Positions 27,901 to 39,900 of a stretch of 64,000 nt of DNA are shown in pieces. The notes below the pieces were generated by a model that worked only from the letters and a program-made list of their open reading frames with translations, did not search any database and had not been told where the DNA came from. Position 1 is the stretch's first letter. Each line of letters begins with the position of its first letter. A program made the translations under genes and the position numbers. Source of the DNA: Nemertoderma westbladi (lineage: Eukaryota > Animalia > Xenacoelomorpha); NCBI GenBank assembly GCA_032718475.1, contig JAUCBJ010000668.1, positions 70,994 through 134,993 of the forward strand. The letters are read 5' to 3'.

Positions 27901-30900
27901 GGTGTATGTCAGTAACAACTCGAGACACACTGACAGTGACACCCACTAACCTATAACCAGTGTATCCGTAACAACTCGAGACACACTGACAGTGACCCCC
28001 ACTAACCTATGACCAGTGTATGTCAGTTTACAACTCGAGACACACTGACAGTGACACCTACTAACCTATGACCGGTGTATGTCAGTAACAACTCGTGACA
28101 CACTGACAGTGACACCCACTAACCTATGACCAGTGTATGTCAGTAACAACTCGAGACACACTGACAGTGACCCCCACTAACCTATGACCAGTGTATGTCA
28201 GTTTACAACTCGAGACACACTGACAGTGACCCCCACTAACCTATGACCAGTGTATGTCAGTAACAACTCGAGACACACTGACAGTGACATCCACTAACCT
28301 ATGACCAGTGTATGTCAGTTTACAACTCGAGACACACTGACAGTGACCCCCACTAACCTATGACCGGTGTATGTCAGTAACAACTCGTGACACACTGACA
28401 GTGACACCCACTAACCTATGACCAGTGTATGTCAGTAACAACTCGAGACACACTGACAGTGACCCCCACTAACCTATGACCAGTGTATGTCAGTTTACAA
28501 CTCGAGACACACTGACAGTGACCCCCACTAACCTATGACCGGTGTATGTCAGTAACAACTCGTGACACACTGACAGTGACACCCACTAACCTATGACCAG
28601 TGTATGTCAGTAACAACTCGAGACACACTGACAGTGACCCCCACTAACCTATGACCAGTGTATGTCAGTAACAACTCGAGACACACTGACAGTGACTACC
28701 ACTAACCTATGACCAGTGTATGTCAGTAACAACTCGAGACACACTGACAGTGACACCCACTAACCTATGACCGGTGTATGTCAGTAACAACTCGAGACAC
28801 ACGGACTGTGGAGCCCAGACTTTCACTGTGCCATCCACAGAACAACTCGCTATGGTATTCCCATTGGGTGAGAAGGAAACGTCTTTCACTGCGTCGAAAT
28901 GAGCGCACCAATCAAATGTAACGAGCTGCATTTCTCCTTCAGTTGACAAGTCTATCACGGTAATGGAGCCTAGATCGACACAATTATAAGTATAAACCCA
29001 GTTATATAAGATTAGAAAACAATTTACACAATAAAGTACGAAAAAATAACTAGAAAAGGGCCTAGCGGCCCATGGAGGAACCGCCTATGGTCAACCACGT
29101 CTATTAAAACAAAACTCGTAACTGTTTCTTCGCATGCTCTGGACAAGTTTCGTTTAAGTCTAGACGAAATTTATTACAGTACAGTATGTTCCATGGTTTT
29201 GGCCAATAGGAGAACTCCCATACCTATCATAGACCGCTGACCAAACCATGGATCTTGACCCACATGGGGTGTAGAGACCACTGTATGTGATGTTCCTATC
29301 GAGTATGGGCATATGTTTCGTTTATGTCTAGTCGAGATTTATTGAGTGTATGAATGGTCCTTCGTTCAACCCTATCTGGCCCGGGCTATTATACAACGTA
29401 ATTGGCCCGGGGGGGGGGGGGGGGGGGGGGTCAGTTTATAATTTTTTAGATCTTGGTTCAAAAATTACAATTTTGATGCTATGAGGGTTTTCGAGGTCGC
29501 TGACCACGATGAAAACAGGTTATAATATTTCTGGTAATGAAACCCAATTTTGGGGCCATTCTGGTGCCTAAGAACGAAAAGTACAAGTAGCACAAAATTA
29601 TAAACTGCTAAATTTTGCTATTTTGCTGTTGGATAGCCCATTCAATTTTAGGAAAAGTCACAAAATCTCGGTTCTCCCAACAAACTTGAATCAAAGATAC
29701 AGATAAATTACAAAAAAATTTCTAAAATGACGCGCCCCGGGCCAAATAGGGTTAAGGTGTTGGATGTTCTCCTATCGAATACATTATGGAGAAGTTTCGT
29801 TTTAGTCTAGAGTTGAAAAAGAGTTGAAATAAGATTTGGTACATAATTCGGGCCCGAATAAGGGCCTCATATGCCTATAAAATCTTATAGTCCCCTGGCC
29901 GCTGGCCCAACCGGGTCGTGGTCCACCCAGGGTGATATGTGCATAACGTGGGGGATGTTCCTAGCAGGTATGGACGAGTTTCGTTTAATTCTATTTCTAG
30001 AGTCAGGGCCGTTCTATAGTTGAGATTTATCTCAGTTTCGGCCAATCGGAGTCGTTCCATTCGTAGAAATTGCCCCTTGCCCCCTGCGTCTGAAAATATT
30101 TGTGAGTGACCTTACATTTGGCCTATCTGTAACTATGGTCAAAAAATTAGGAAAATCGCTAGAGCCGATTTAAATGGCTGGTGATCACCAACTCGTTGTC
30201 AACACGGTTTAATTTCTAGGATTTCTTACAGAAAGTAACCTGGAGGTTCCTAACTATTGAATTCAAACCGTATAATCGATGAGTTTATATGATTACATAC
30301 AGTACAGTGTGAAGGGTTTTACCACGACGAGTGTTAGCGAGGATTGTAAAGGAGACGAGAACTGCAATCTTATTAAGCACTGTATTACGATATTTTTTAA
30401 CCCACAACTACAATTCGGGTGGGTAAAATAAAACTTTGAACAGCGTGAGTGATTTAGTCTTAGACAATGCGGACGGGACATTTGTTTTATGAGAACTGAA
30501 TTAGAAAATTAATGCAATAAACAGAATTTCAGGCGCTAATTTATATCAGCTTCAGGGTTGTACCTTTACCTTACAAAGTGTGGTAACTTTGAAATGTCCC
30601 ACAGTCTACACCTTGTGAATAATAGGGCCGCCAGTGTTGAGATCCATACACAAATAGTCCAGCCGACCAGCACCCCCAATTAGCGATTACACTACAGTAG
30701 AACAAAATCGCCTCCGCTTTGCAGGACATTGCTTTCGCCGTGAGGACCAGCCAGTGCATAATCTTGTACTTTGGCAGCCTCATGGAGTGAATAAGCATGG
30801 TGGACAGCCCATGACTTTCTTGAGACGCATCTTAAAGGGCACTGGCCTTGAAGATGCGGATGATCTAGCAAATGTCATGGGTGATAGGGAGTTGTGGCGG

Positions 30901-33900
30901 TGGAATTTTGTCGACAAGCCGGCACAGCATTCTTAAAAATTCAGCTGCAATGCAGAATGCCGATCCTAGTAGTAGCGCCCGAGTTCTGCTCAAACCAAGT
31001 ACTTTTCGACCTTTTAAAGGCATTTTTAAAAATTTCGTCACAATTTCAACCTCAAACTGCGCCGCCTGTTGAAGTTTGCTGCAGGTTGCAGCAAACGTCT
31101 TTATATATATTTTAAATTGGCATTGAGATTTATTACATTACAAATAATATTTAACTAGAGGTAATTAGGATTCTATACAAAGTTAATATTATGGTATTTA
31201 CGATTAAAATCCCCGATATATGCACACCCCGCCCCTCACTTACCGTTTCCGGAACAGCAAACGAGTTGATTGGAATTACTCGGGTGGAATTGAACTTTAG
31301 AAATAATTCTATGCTGCGACCGTAACGGAGATGTTGATTTACCTCTCAACTGGGATAATATTGTGGACTGATCAGCCGTAACGCAAAACTGTAACTTCGG
31401 TTGATTCTTCTTAATGTTAATACTATCTAAGTTGAGCTGCAATGTAATGAAAATATGTAATAATATTTTGAACTTGAGCACTGATGTATATCTATGCTAA
31501 CATTAAATTATTGTCCAAAGACATTGAGCACTAATGTATCTATGCTTACTCTAATTGGCCAATGATTAGTGATTGAACAACTAGTGATTAGTGATTTTAA
31601 AAAAATCATTTATTTATCATATGGCCATTTCGTGTATTAACAACACACGTCTTCAGTGATATGTGTTTAAAACGGTCCAGCAAAGTGTTAATCCTTTTAA
31701 AATAAAAAAATGTCCGCTTTGTTCTATCACCCTACAATAGGTTCCAATAATTCCACTAACAACACTATATGCTAATGATTTATGCTATATTTTAATAGGT
31801 TGTAATAGGTACATAGCTGCTACCCGGGGGTAGGGGTGGGAATTACTCATACCCCTTGTTCTGCTCCCAGTAATTCCACTGGTACTAATTTTATCGACCA
31901 CATGGAATTAAATGCTGAGTGGACTTTGGCGGGGCTCGATCCTCCAACCACAACCAATAGATTGCAGGACCGGCCACCCCGCCATATTCAGCTCAAATGT
32001 TCAACCATATTTGACCATTTGACTAGTTTAGCCAAACAATAAATACAAATCACTACGTAGAATATATCAGGTTGCCAAGGTAACACTCACGCCATCCACA
32101 CAGTCCTCCTTCACCAGGGTACCTCCCGGGTAACTCCTTCGGCCATAGTTGCCTGCTGCGTTGCCTGGCAACATCAACGCCTCGTCTTCGGCGGCGGAAA
32201 ACTTTGCGATTAATTCTCCGGTAGAGCTGTCCCAGATCCGCACGGTGTTATCGGAACCGCAGCTGGCGAACTTTGCGTCGTCGTGAGAGAATGTGCAACA
32301 CAATACCGTGTTGTCGTGGCAAATTCGTACGTCACCTAAAACAATCACGTATATAATATATACCAAACGTCACCTAAAACAAACGTATAACAAGCGTCAC
32401 CGAAAACAAACGTAGTAGAGTATATTACTTGCCATATTTGATATATAAATAAAATATATGAAAATTCCAATATATATTCAATATCCGATTCTTTCATTCA
32501 CAGATTTGTTTACTAATTGCAACAATTATAATCTTTGGCAAAAACAATAATAAGTCGGTACTCTTATTGATTTGTTGTGTATAATTATTTAATAGTCAGC
32601 ATACAATTACTATAATAAGACAAATAGAAGTCTTCTAAAATGAACTTATTTTATTTGGGGCAGTTAAATAACTGCTGTACTGAATGATATACATTCCATA
32701 TTAAGTATTGGATATCTTTAGATGTTGCTACTGATTGAGAGCTGGCCGTGGAGGGTCTTTAGATGTTGGTACTGATGGAGAGCTGGCCGTGGAGGGTCTT
32801 TAGATGTTGGTACTGATGGAGAGCTGGCCGTGGAGGGTCTTTAGATAGATGTTGGTACTGATTGAGAGCTGGCCGTGGATGGTCTTTAGATGTTGGTACT
32901 GATGGAGAGCTGGCCGTGGAGGGTCTTTAGATGTTGACCCTTATTTCTCTTATTTGAATGTGGATACTGAACGATTGGATATTATTAAAATAAATGTTTA
33001 TTAAACATTGGCGGGAAATTCAAACTTCAGCTGCTATAAAAATCGTATTGAATTACAGAATTAGGGTGCATGGCGTTCACACACGTTCCTCAGGCTGTCA
33101 GGCGGTCAGCTGTCAGGCAGTCCGGCGTTCTACTGTTCTATACATTTATAAAACGCCAAGGTCTGAAGCTCTGAAGGTACAGTTCTAAAAAAGAGTTCGG
33201 ACTGCGGTAGGCGATGTGTCGGCAGCCCTGTGCCCTGTATGCTGTAGCTGCAAATCTGGAGAGCTGAACAATAACCTTACTGCTTACTGGCGTAGTACTG
33301 TAGGCCAGTAGGCCTACTGTTACCGGTACTGTAATTATGCAGTAGTGATTTCCGAGAAATTATATTGTTTCAATTTATTTTTAAACACATTGATAGATCG
33401 TGATGGGCATTCCATTAGCATTAGGCAGTTAGACGAGGCCGATGCCTACCTTTTCGGGAATAGTATTCCAAATTCAAATCGTATCTACACTGTCAGACTG
33501 TATTACGAAAATGTGTTTCCAGTTGTTTCCGTTTTTAGCATATTATACTGTATGTACTGTAGATGTACCGGTGTAACAGAACATTTTCACTCCCCATGCA
33601 GCCATGCAAATGATAGTAATATTGCTGTATTGATAGTACTGCAGTACTGGTACTATTTGATCCATGTTTTTATTATGGTTATTAAATTGTGCCATTTTAT
33701 TGTTAATTTTAATGGCATAATTGATAATGGTAGTGCGTGCGTAGTGCCTATCGGCTATCGGTACTTGAGCAGCATTAAACCAAATGTCAATCTGTCAATA
33801 TCAGCCAGCTAACGTCTGAACGTAGCTAGTAGTCAGTAGTAGTAGTCCTGTAGTCCTTGTTGTTGTTTCGTACCTAATTTATGATGTTGATACTCCACGC

Positions 33901-36900
33901 CCGGCTGCAATCATGTCGACTGCTAATAAAGACACAACGACCAACTCAGAATCCACTGACGAAACTAACAATGCGAACGCTAAAGATTTCAGCTCAGCTG
34001 CAAACCGCAGACACCGACAACGAGATACAGAAGATGGTGTGGCACTCGAGACGCAAGGAGCGGTTAATTAAACCGGACACGGAGTCCACCGCACTCATCC
34101 GTCCAACGGATTACCAATGGGACGAGTTCCCGAGAGATAAACACGGAATCCCGTTGGACACGCCACGTTACCGCCACTACAAACGCGTCAAATACACCGA
34201 GATACTCACGTCCCGTTACCATGACTACACGGGCCCGCGACCAATGGACATCCTGCGTCTATGCGCGGTCGCTTCCGGGGTCCTATTGGTCGTCTGCATC
34301 GGAGTCTCCGCGTGGCGTTACGAGGACGCCAAACGAAAGTTCGACGCTAGTATCGCTGCTAACTGTTGCCACGACGACCAGGAATACAAACGAGAATTCA
34401 TTAAGTTTTACAACGCGAATAAAGGCGACCCTAACGAGGTCCACCTCATCACTTACGGAATCCTCGCCTACCATTGGTCAGTTAAACTATTTAGCTATGG
34501 ATTTGAGGCTATAAAACGCGGGACATTTACGGAACGATTCGATCCATCCCGATGGGATCCCTGGAACTTCTCCCGGCCGTCGCCGCACCCGGAACTCCGA
34601 CCAGGCAGCTCGTGGTCTCGCCTCCTGCGTCACCTGTTAGTCCCTCGTCTCCTCCGCTCTAACCACACAATCTTCCTCCTCGTCGTCTCTCTCCTCTTCC
34701 ATGAGGTTATGCAACAAGCACCGCCGGTGTTGGATAAGTTCCAGGCCCTCCAGGTGTACCTGTCTGCGACGGTTGTGGCGCAGTGTGGGGGGGAGTGTTT
34801 CCGCTACATCCGTCGGACCTTTCCGCCGCGTTTAGGTGTCTGCGGCCCCGCTCCGGGGATGCTCGCTCTCGTCGCCACCGTTGCCTTCCTCCGACCGGAC
34901 GTCCAGCTCTGGATCCCCGCCTTCAACCGGAACTACCTGAGTTACACTCCGGTTCCAGCCACCGACCGCCCCTTGTGGCGCTACTTCGACGCCACCGAGT
35001 GGCGGTGGTACCCGACCGCCGGGACCGCATTGAAGGCCGCCGTTGCCACGGAGACCGCGTTGTGTCTCCTAGCAACCACAGGACGTCCCATACACAATCT
35101 CTTCTACATAAAGTCCGCTATCCGCAGTCTGCACTCCAGTCACGCCTCCAGACTAACCGCTCTCCTATTCGGGGTCTTCTACGTGGTATTCTTCAGTGAC
35201 TTTTGTGCTAATCAACAGGTTACCATAGTAACGCAGTACGATAAACTTAGAGACAGTTTCTCGAACTATAGAACTAAACCGAGTCTATTTAATTCCCATT
35301 AGCTTGCAATTTGTCTTTATCGCAGTTTTACTATAATTTTTAGTTAATGAATTATCGAAGCAAAATGTATACGCAAGATAAAGATTTCCGCTAAGATTAT
35401 CGACTAATTCCTAGCGCCTTTTTTTAACCAGTTACCCGATATGGGTTGGCCATTGAGATAATAGATTATTATAAAATTATCCATAGCATCAAATATGAAA
35501 AATAGCATTACCAAATTATTCAATTATTATATATTTATATATATATTTAAACATTGAATATTAAATGCAGTTTCATGATTTTATCTTGTGGAATTATTGT
35601 TGCTAATGATGCTACTATGACCACGACTAACAGCTGTGTGGAGCCGAGCTAGGGTGCCGTGGATCCTTTTATGCTCTAAACGTGTTATTATGAAACTTAT
35701 GTATCAGAGTCAATAAATAACGTTTATTCGGTCCAGCTCAAATTATTTAGAAATTACCCTTCGTGATGTTGTATTTGGTTGGTCTGGGACTTTGCGATGC
35801 AAAAGATATAACCCTGCGAGGATTGGAGATTGTGCAGCAATGTACCAAGGTCTACCTGGAAGCCTACACATCTATATTGAACTGTGACGTCACAGAATTA
35901 GAAAGAGTCTATAAGAAGAGTATTACCTTAGCAGGTAAAACTGAACGCCCTAAAAATTCCAATTAAATAATTAACCAAATAGGGTCAATTGGTATCATAT
36001 TTAATGTGACAAAAATAGACAAAATCGTCAAATCTATACAATCTACCTAATGACCAAATGTCACTAACTGAAGATTTTAACAAAGTGTGGGATAGAATTC
36101 AAGGTAAAAACAACAACAATAACCCTACATTTTTATATTTTTTTCACATGTAAAATATCTAATTATCAACAATTTACGTTCACAGATCGGGAGTTTGTTG
36201 AGCAAGGTAGCGACTCCATGCTCCGAGAGGCTACCACCGAGGACGTTGCGCTGCTAGTGGTAGGAGACCCACTGGGTGCCACAACACACACTGACCTTCT
36301 ACTCCGAGCCAGGGAGCTCAAGGTCCCATACACACTGGTACACAATACCAGTATACTGACCGCGGTTGGTTGCTGTGGGTTACAGCTGTACCGGTACGGC
36401 GAGACAGTTTCGCTACCTCTCTGGACTGACCAATGGAAGCCGACCAGTTTCCACGACCGACTTGTAGCCAATCACACGCGAGGACTGCACACACTCTGTC
36501 TGCTCGACATTAAAGTTAAGGAGCAGAGTGTAGAGAACCTAATTAAGGGTCGAAAAATATACGAGCCTCCAAGATATATGACCTCACAACAGGCTGCAAG
36601 ACAGATTCTAGAATCGGCAGTAGAGAGGGGGGATGACGTCATTACACCTAAGTAAGTCCTGTTGTACGACATCATCATATATTGGTCTCGCAAATAGAAA
36701 GAAGAGTTATATTTGATTAACTTTTGGTCGATTTGTAAAACAATAGATAGAATATAATTTAACTTTTACGATTAAATAAATTCCCATAATATTTTTACAT
36801 TATTCCTTTCTCGTTTCAGCACTCTCGCCATTGGTCTCGCACGGGTCGGTCTACCTGATCAGAAGATCGTGTTCGGTAATCTAACTCAACTATCAGACTA

Positions 36901-39900
36901 CGATATGGGAAAACCTTTACACTGTTTGGTTATTCCAGCACCAGAACTTCACGATTTAGAACTACAATATATTGAAGAATATAGAATAAGTAAATTAGGT
37001 TAATAAAAAGATTTACATCCCAGAATTTATTGTAATTTTTCAATTAACACTTTCAGACATTGATTAATTTAATGGTTAAATACATGAAAGTTAGTTAAGT
37101 ACATACTCAATAAGTTAAAGATTTACTTTCAGTTTAGATAGAGGTGTGATGTGACATTGTAATGAGTTTCAATGTATATTGAAGGCAATATTATTCCAGG
37201 GTCGGAAATTGGAATAATTTGAGGCAAATATAATTATTTCTACGTAAAATCAGACAGTTTATATGAAATCGATTCAATTTTAAACTTCACTTTGATTTCT
37301 GAGTAGATTGAAGTCGTTCATACAAAGGGTTCATCAATCAATATATTTCTGTAAGTTGTTGATTTGTTTTTGAACCACTGCGATCGACTGAGACCACTGT
37401 GTAATACGCGGGAGGTGCGACGGATACCTTACTCACTGACTCGCACCTTCTCTGCCTTCTCGCCGACTCTTCTCGGTTTCTTTTGAAGTACATCAGGAAG
37501 AGGACGACAGGCACGGCACCGAACGCAATGAGGAGACAACTAACCACCATGATGACAACCAATCGCAACTTCTGCGACGAGACATTATTCGCCTCAACTA
37601 TAGCGAAACGAATAACCACACTGTCGACTTTTTTATTTCCTAACGTTTTCCCATTGTTATCCGCGTGGCTACCCGGCCTGACTTCCGCAACGTAAACCCC
37701 GTAATCTTGCTCCGAACTCACCGTTATTCTGCTCGACTCCCTGACGACTGTGCGGTTCCCACGAGGCCCCTCGATCGAGTAAACCATGTCGTAATCTTTC
37801 ACAGTGCGAGTGAACCCGGGCCGAGTCACGGCTTGCCATTCTAGATTCAGCACCTCGCCGAACTGCACCGCTAAAGTGACACCGGAGAACACGACAACGG
37901 ACCCGTTGCCACGGGAGACAACCAACTTGAAGACCTGAACGAACAGCTTTTTGACGTTGGTGTACTCTTCACCAACGCGTTCAGTACAGATTAACATCTG
38001 ACTGAAGTACAACTTGGTAGTGAGATGTTTATCAGTAGTAATCTGTTCTCCTAACTCGTTGATCCAAATAAGTTCACTCTCACGTCGCCTTTCATCCAAG
38101 TCGCATGTATCCAAATCGCTCACGAAACCGGGTTTACGCAGGAATACTAGAATCTTTCCGACTTCCAATTTCGTCACATTCGCTTTGTGGTACAGATCCA
38201 CGGAGCAAGAATCCCGCGAGTGGACACAGGAGAATTCAACACCTCTGTAGTGAGATTCATTGGTAATAACCTCGGTCACGTATCGAACACCTGATTGGTC
38301 GTTATCTGGCAGTTTTGTCCAATTAGCAATTGGCACGCCTTCCAGATAGCCATGGACTGTTTGCCCCGTATCCTGTGTCTCATGTTCGAGGTTTAGCAGT
38401 CCGCATTCGAGTTTCACCGTCTGATTAGTAGTAAAGTGGCAAAACTTAGAGGAACTTTCTCCATCCACGCTACAACTGCATTGTAATGCACTGCCGTTAG
38501 CCCTCACTACACCCACAAACAGGGCCACCAAAATATCAATTAGTGCTATCACTTTCATAATAGGCTCGACATGAATTTGTCTTGGCCTTTGTATTTTTAT
38601 AGTTCCTTAAATTGAATTACAAGTCGACATTCTAGAACCTACAATATTGGAGTAGCTGTAGCAACAATTCATAGCGTCAATAAATAATCTACTAACTGTT
38701 GGGTTTAGGTAGAATAATTCTTCCTGATTCTGCGTCACATATCTTTATAGAATAATCATCACCACCAGATATAAATAGAGATCCGTTATGAGAGAACCTG
38801 GCGCAGTGAACTGGTCCATCGTGGTGCTTGGTTGATAGCTGTAGGGGTTGCGATGGGTCTCTGAAATAATTAATTTAGTCATTAATGAAGTATTGAAAAG
38901 TAAGTTTGTAAGTAAGTTGTAGTTTACACGACGGGCAATCTTATTCAAAACCTAATAAAAATATTTAATTGAATTTGAAAGCAAACCAAACAGCATTTAC
39001 ATAAATGTGTGTGTTTTAGCAAGGACTTAATTTATAATAATTATTCATAACATTGCACTTAATTCCACTGTAGTTTTTTTAAGGGCTGATTTTTCTCGTT
39101 TTCGTTGATTTTAATACTGAATGTATTCAATTTTTTCTTCGGGCATATGCTACGTTGGCCTTCATATTTTCGGTAATTAGTGATTTTTTTCAATTGTGGC
39201 ATTAGTGTATTTAATGGTAGCTACTACTTAAAAAAACACACAAATGCGTTGATAGTAAATAACATAACAAATAAATATTATTTGGTGCTGCTTCACGTGT
39301 AGATTGACAATCCACTAAAGTGAAAGTTTCTCTGTGGAATATAGAGGGTTACCAAACTATCACAACTCACATTCCCGAGAATGAACTCCTGGATAACTCC
39401 GATGTACTTCTTTTTACAGAAACTTTATGTTGCAACATGAATGCAGCCTCAAATAAAAGTCATTATTCGTTTATAGAACCAGCAGTAAAACCACGCCGCG
39501 GCCGACCGCATGGAGGACTAATGATATTATGTAAACCTGAACTGAATCCGTCTTTTGTGAAATCTAAAGAATCGTATGTAGTAATTAAAACACTGATTTA
39601 CTATTTCTTGGTATTTTACTTTACTCCAAACTCTCCAGTCGAAGAGATTCTATTGACAGTAAATGAGGCGAGGCATTATCATATACATACCCAGTGCTAT
39701 CGATTGTTATTGGAGGCGATTTCAATTGTCGGCTTGATGCTGTGTGCATTATGACGGAAAGGAAATAGAGATCTGCAATAAATATGAGTATCTTGGGATT
39801 GTTATGCAACAGTCACTGTCGTTTTCAAAGCACATCGATCAGAAGAAGAGGAAAGCTTTCTCTGCAATAGGATGTCTAAGACACTTGCCACTTATTTCCA

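Larger units (their letters stand above)
20991..28802 (-). repeat. 58-bp tandem array = last 38 nt of the Apaf-1 exon ending at 28765 + first 20 nt of the intron; ~30 copies at 27081-28802, plus copies at 20991-21162 and 22918-23118
   Basis: Minus-strand unit GTGTGTCTCGAGTTGTTACTGACATACAC(T/C)GGTCATAG|GTTAGTGGGTGTCACTGTCA; the array is interrupted by a LINE and an LTR element. Confidence 0.95.

Noticed and set aside
27081-28802. 58-bp (and 43-bp, 55-bp) arrays as CRISPR or coding repeats
   Set aside because: Whole-unit tandem copies without spacers; reading frames hit stops quickly.
8668-32366. WD40 exons as a stand-alone WD-repeat gene
   Set aside because: Phase-consistent upstream exons with Apaf-1 helical-domain similarity and the Apaf-1-like C-terminus tie them into one gene.
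33345-33812. 155-aa ORF upstream of the PARL-like gene
   Set aside because: GTG start, AT-rich, no recognisable motif; probably non-coding.
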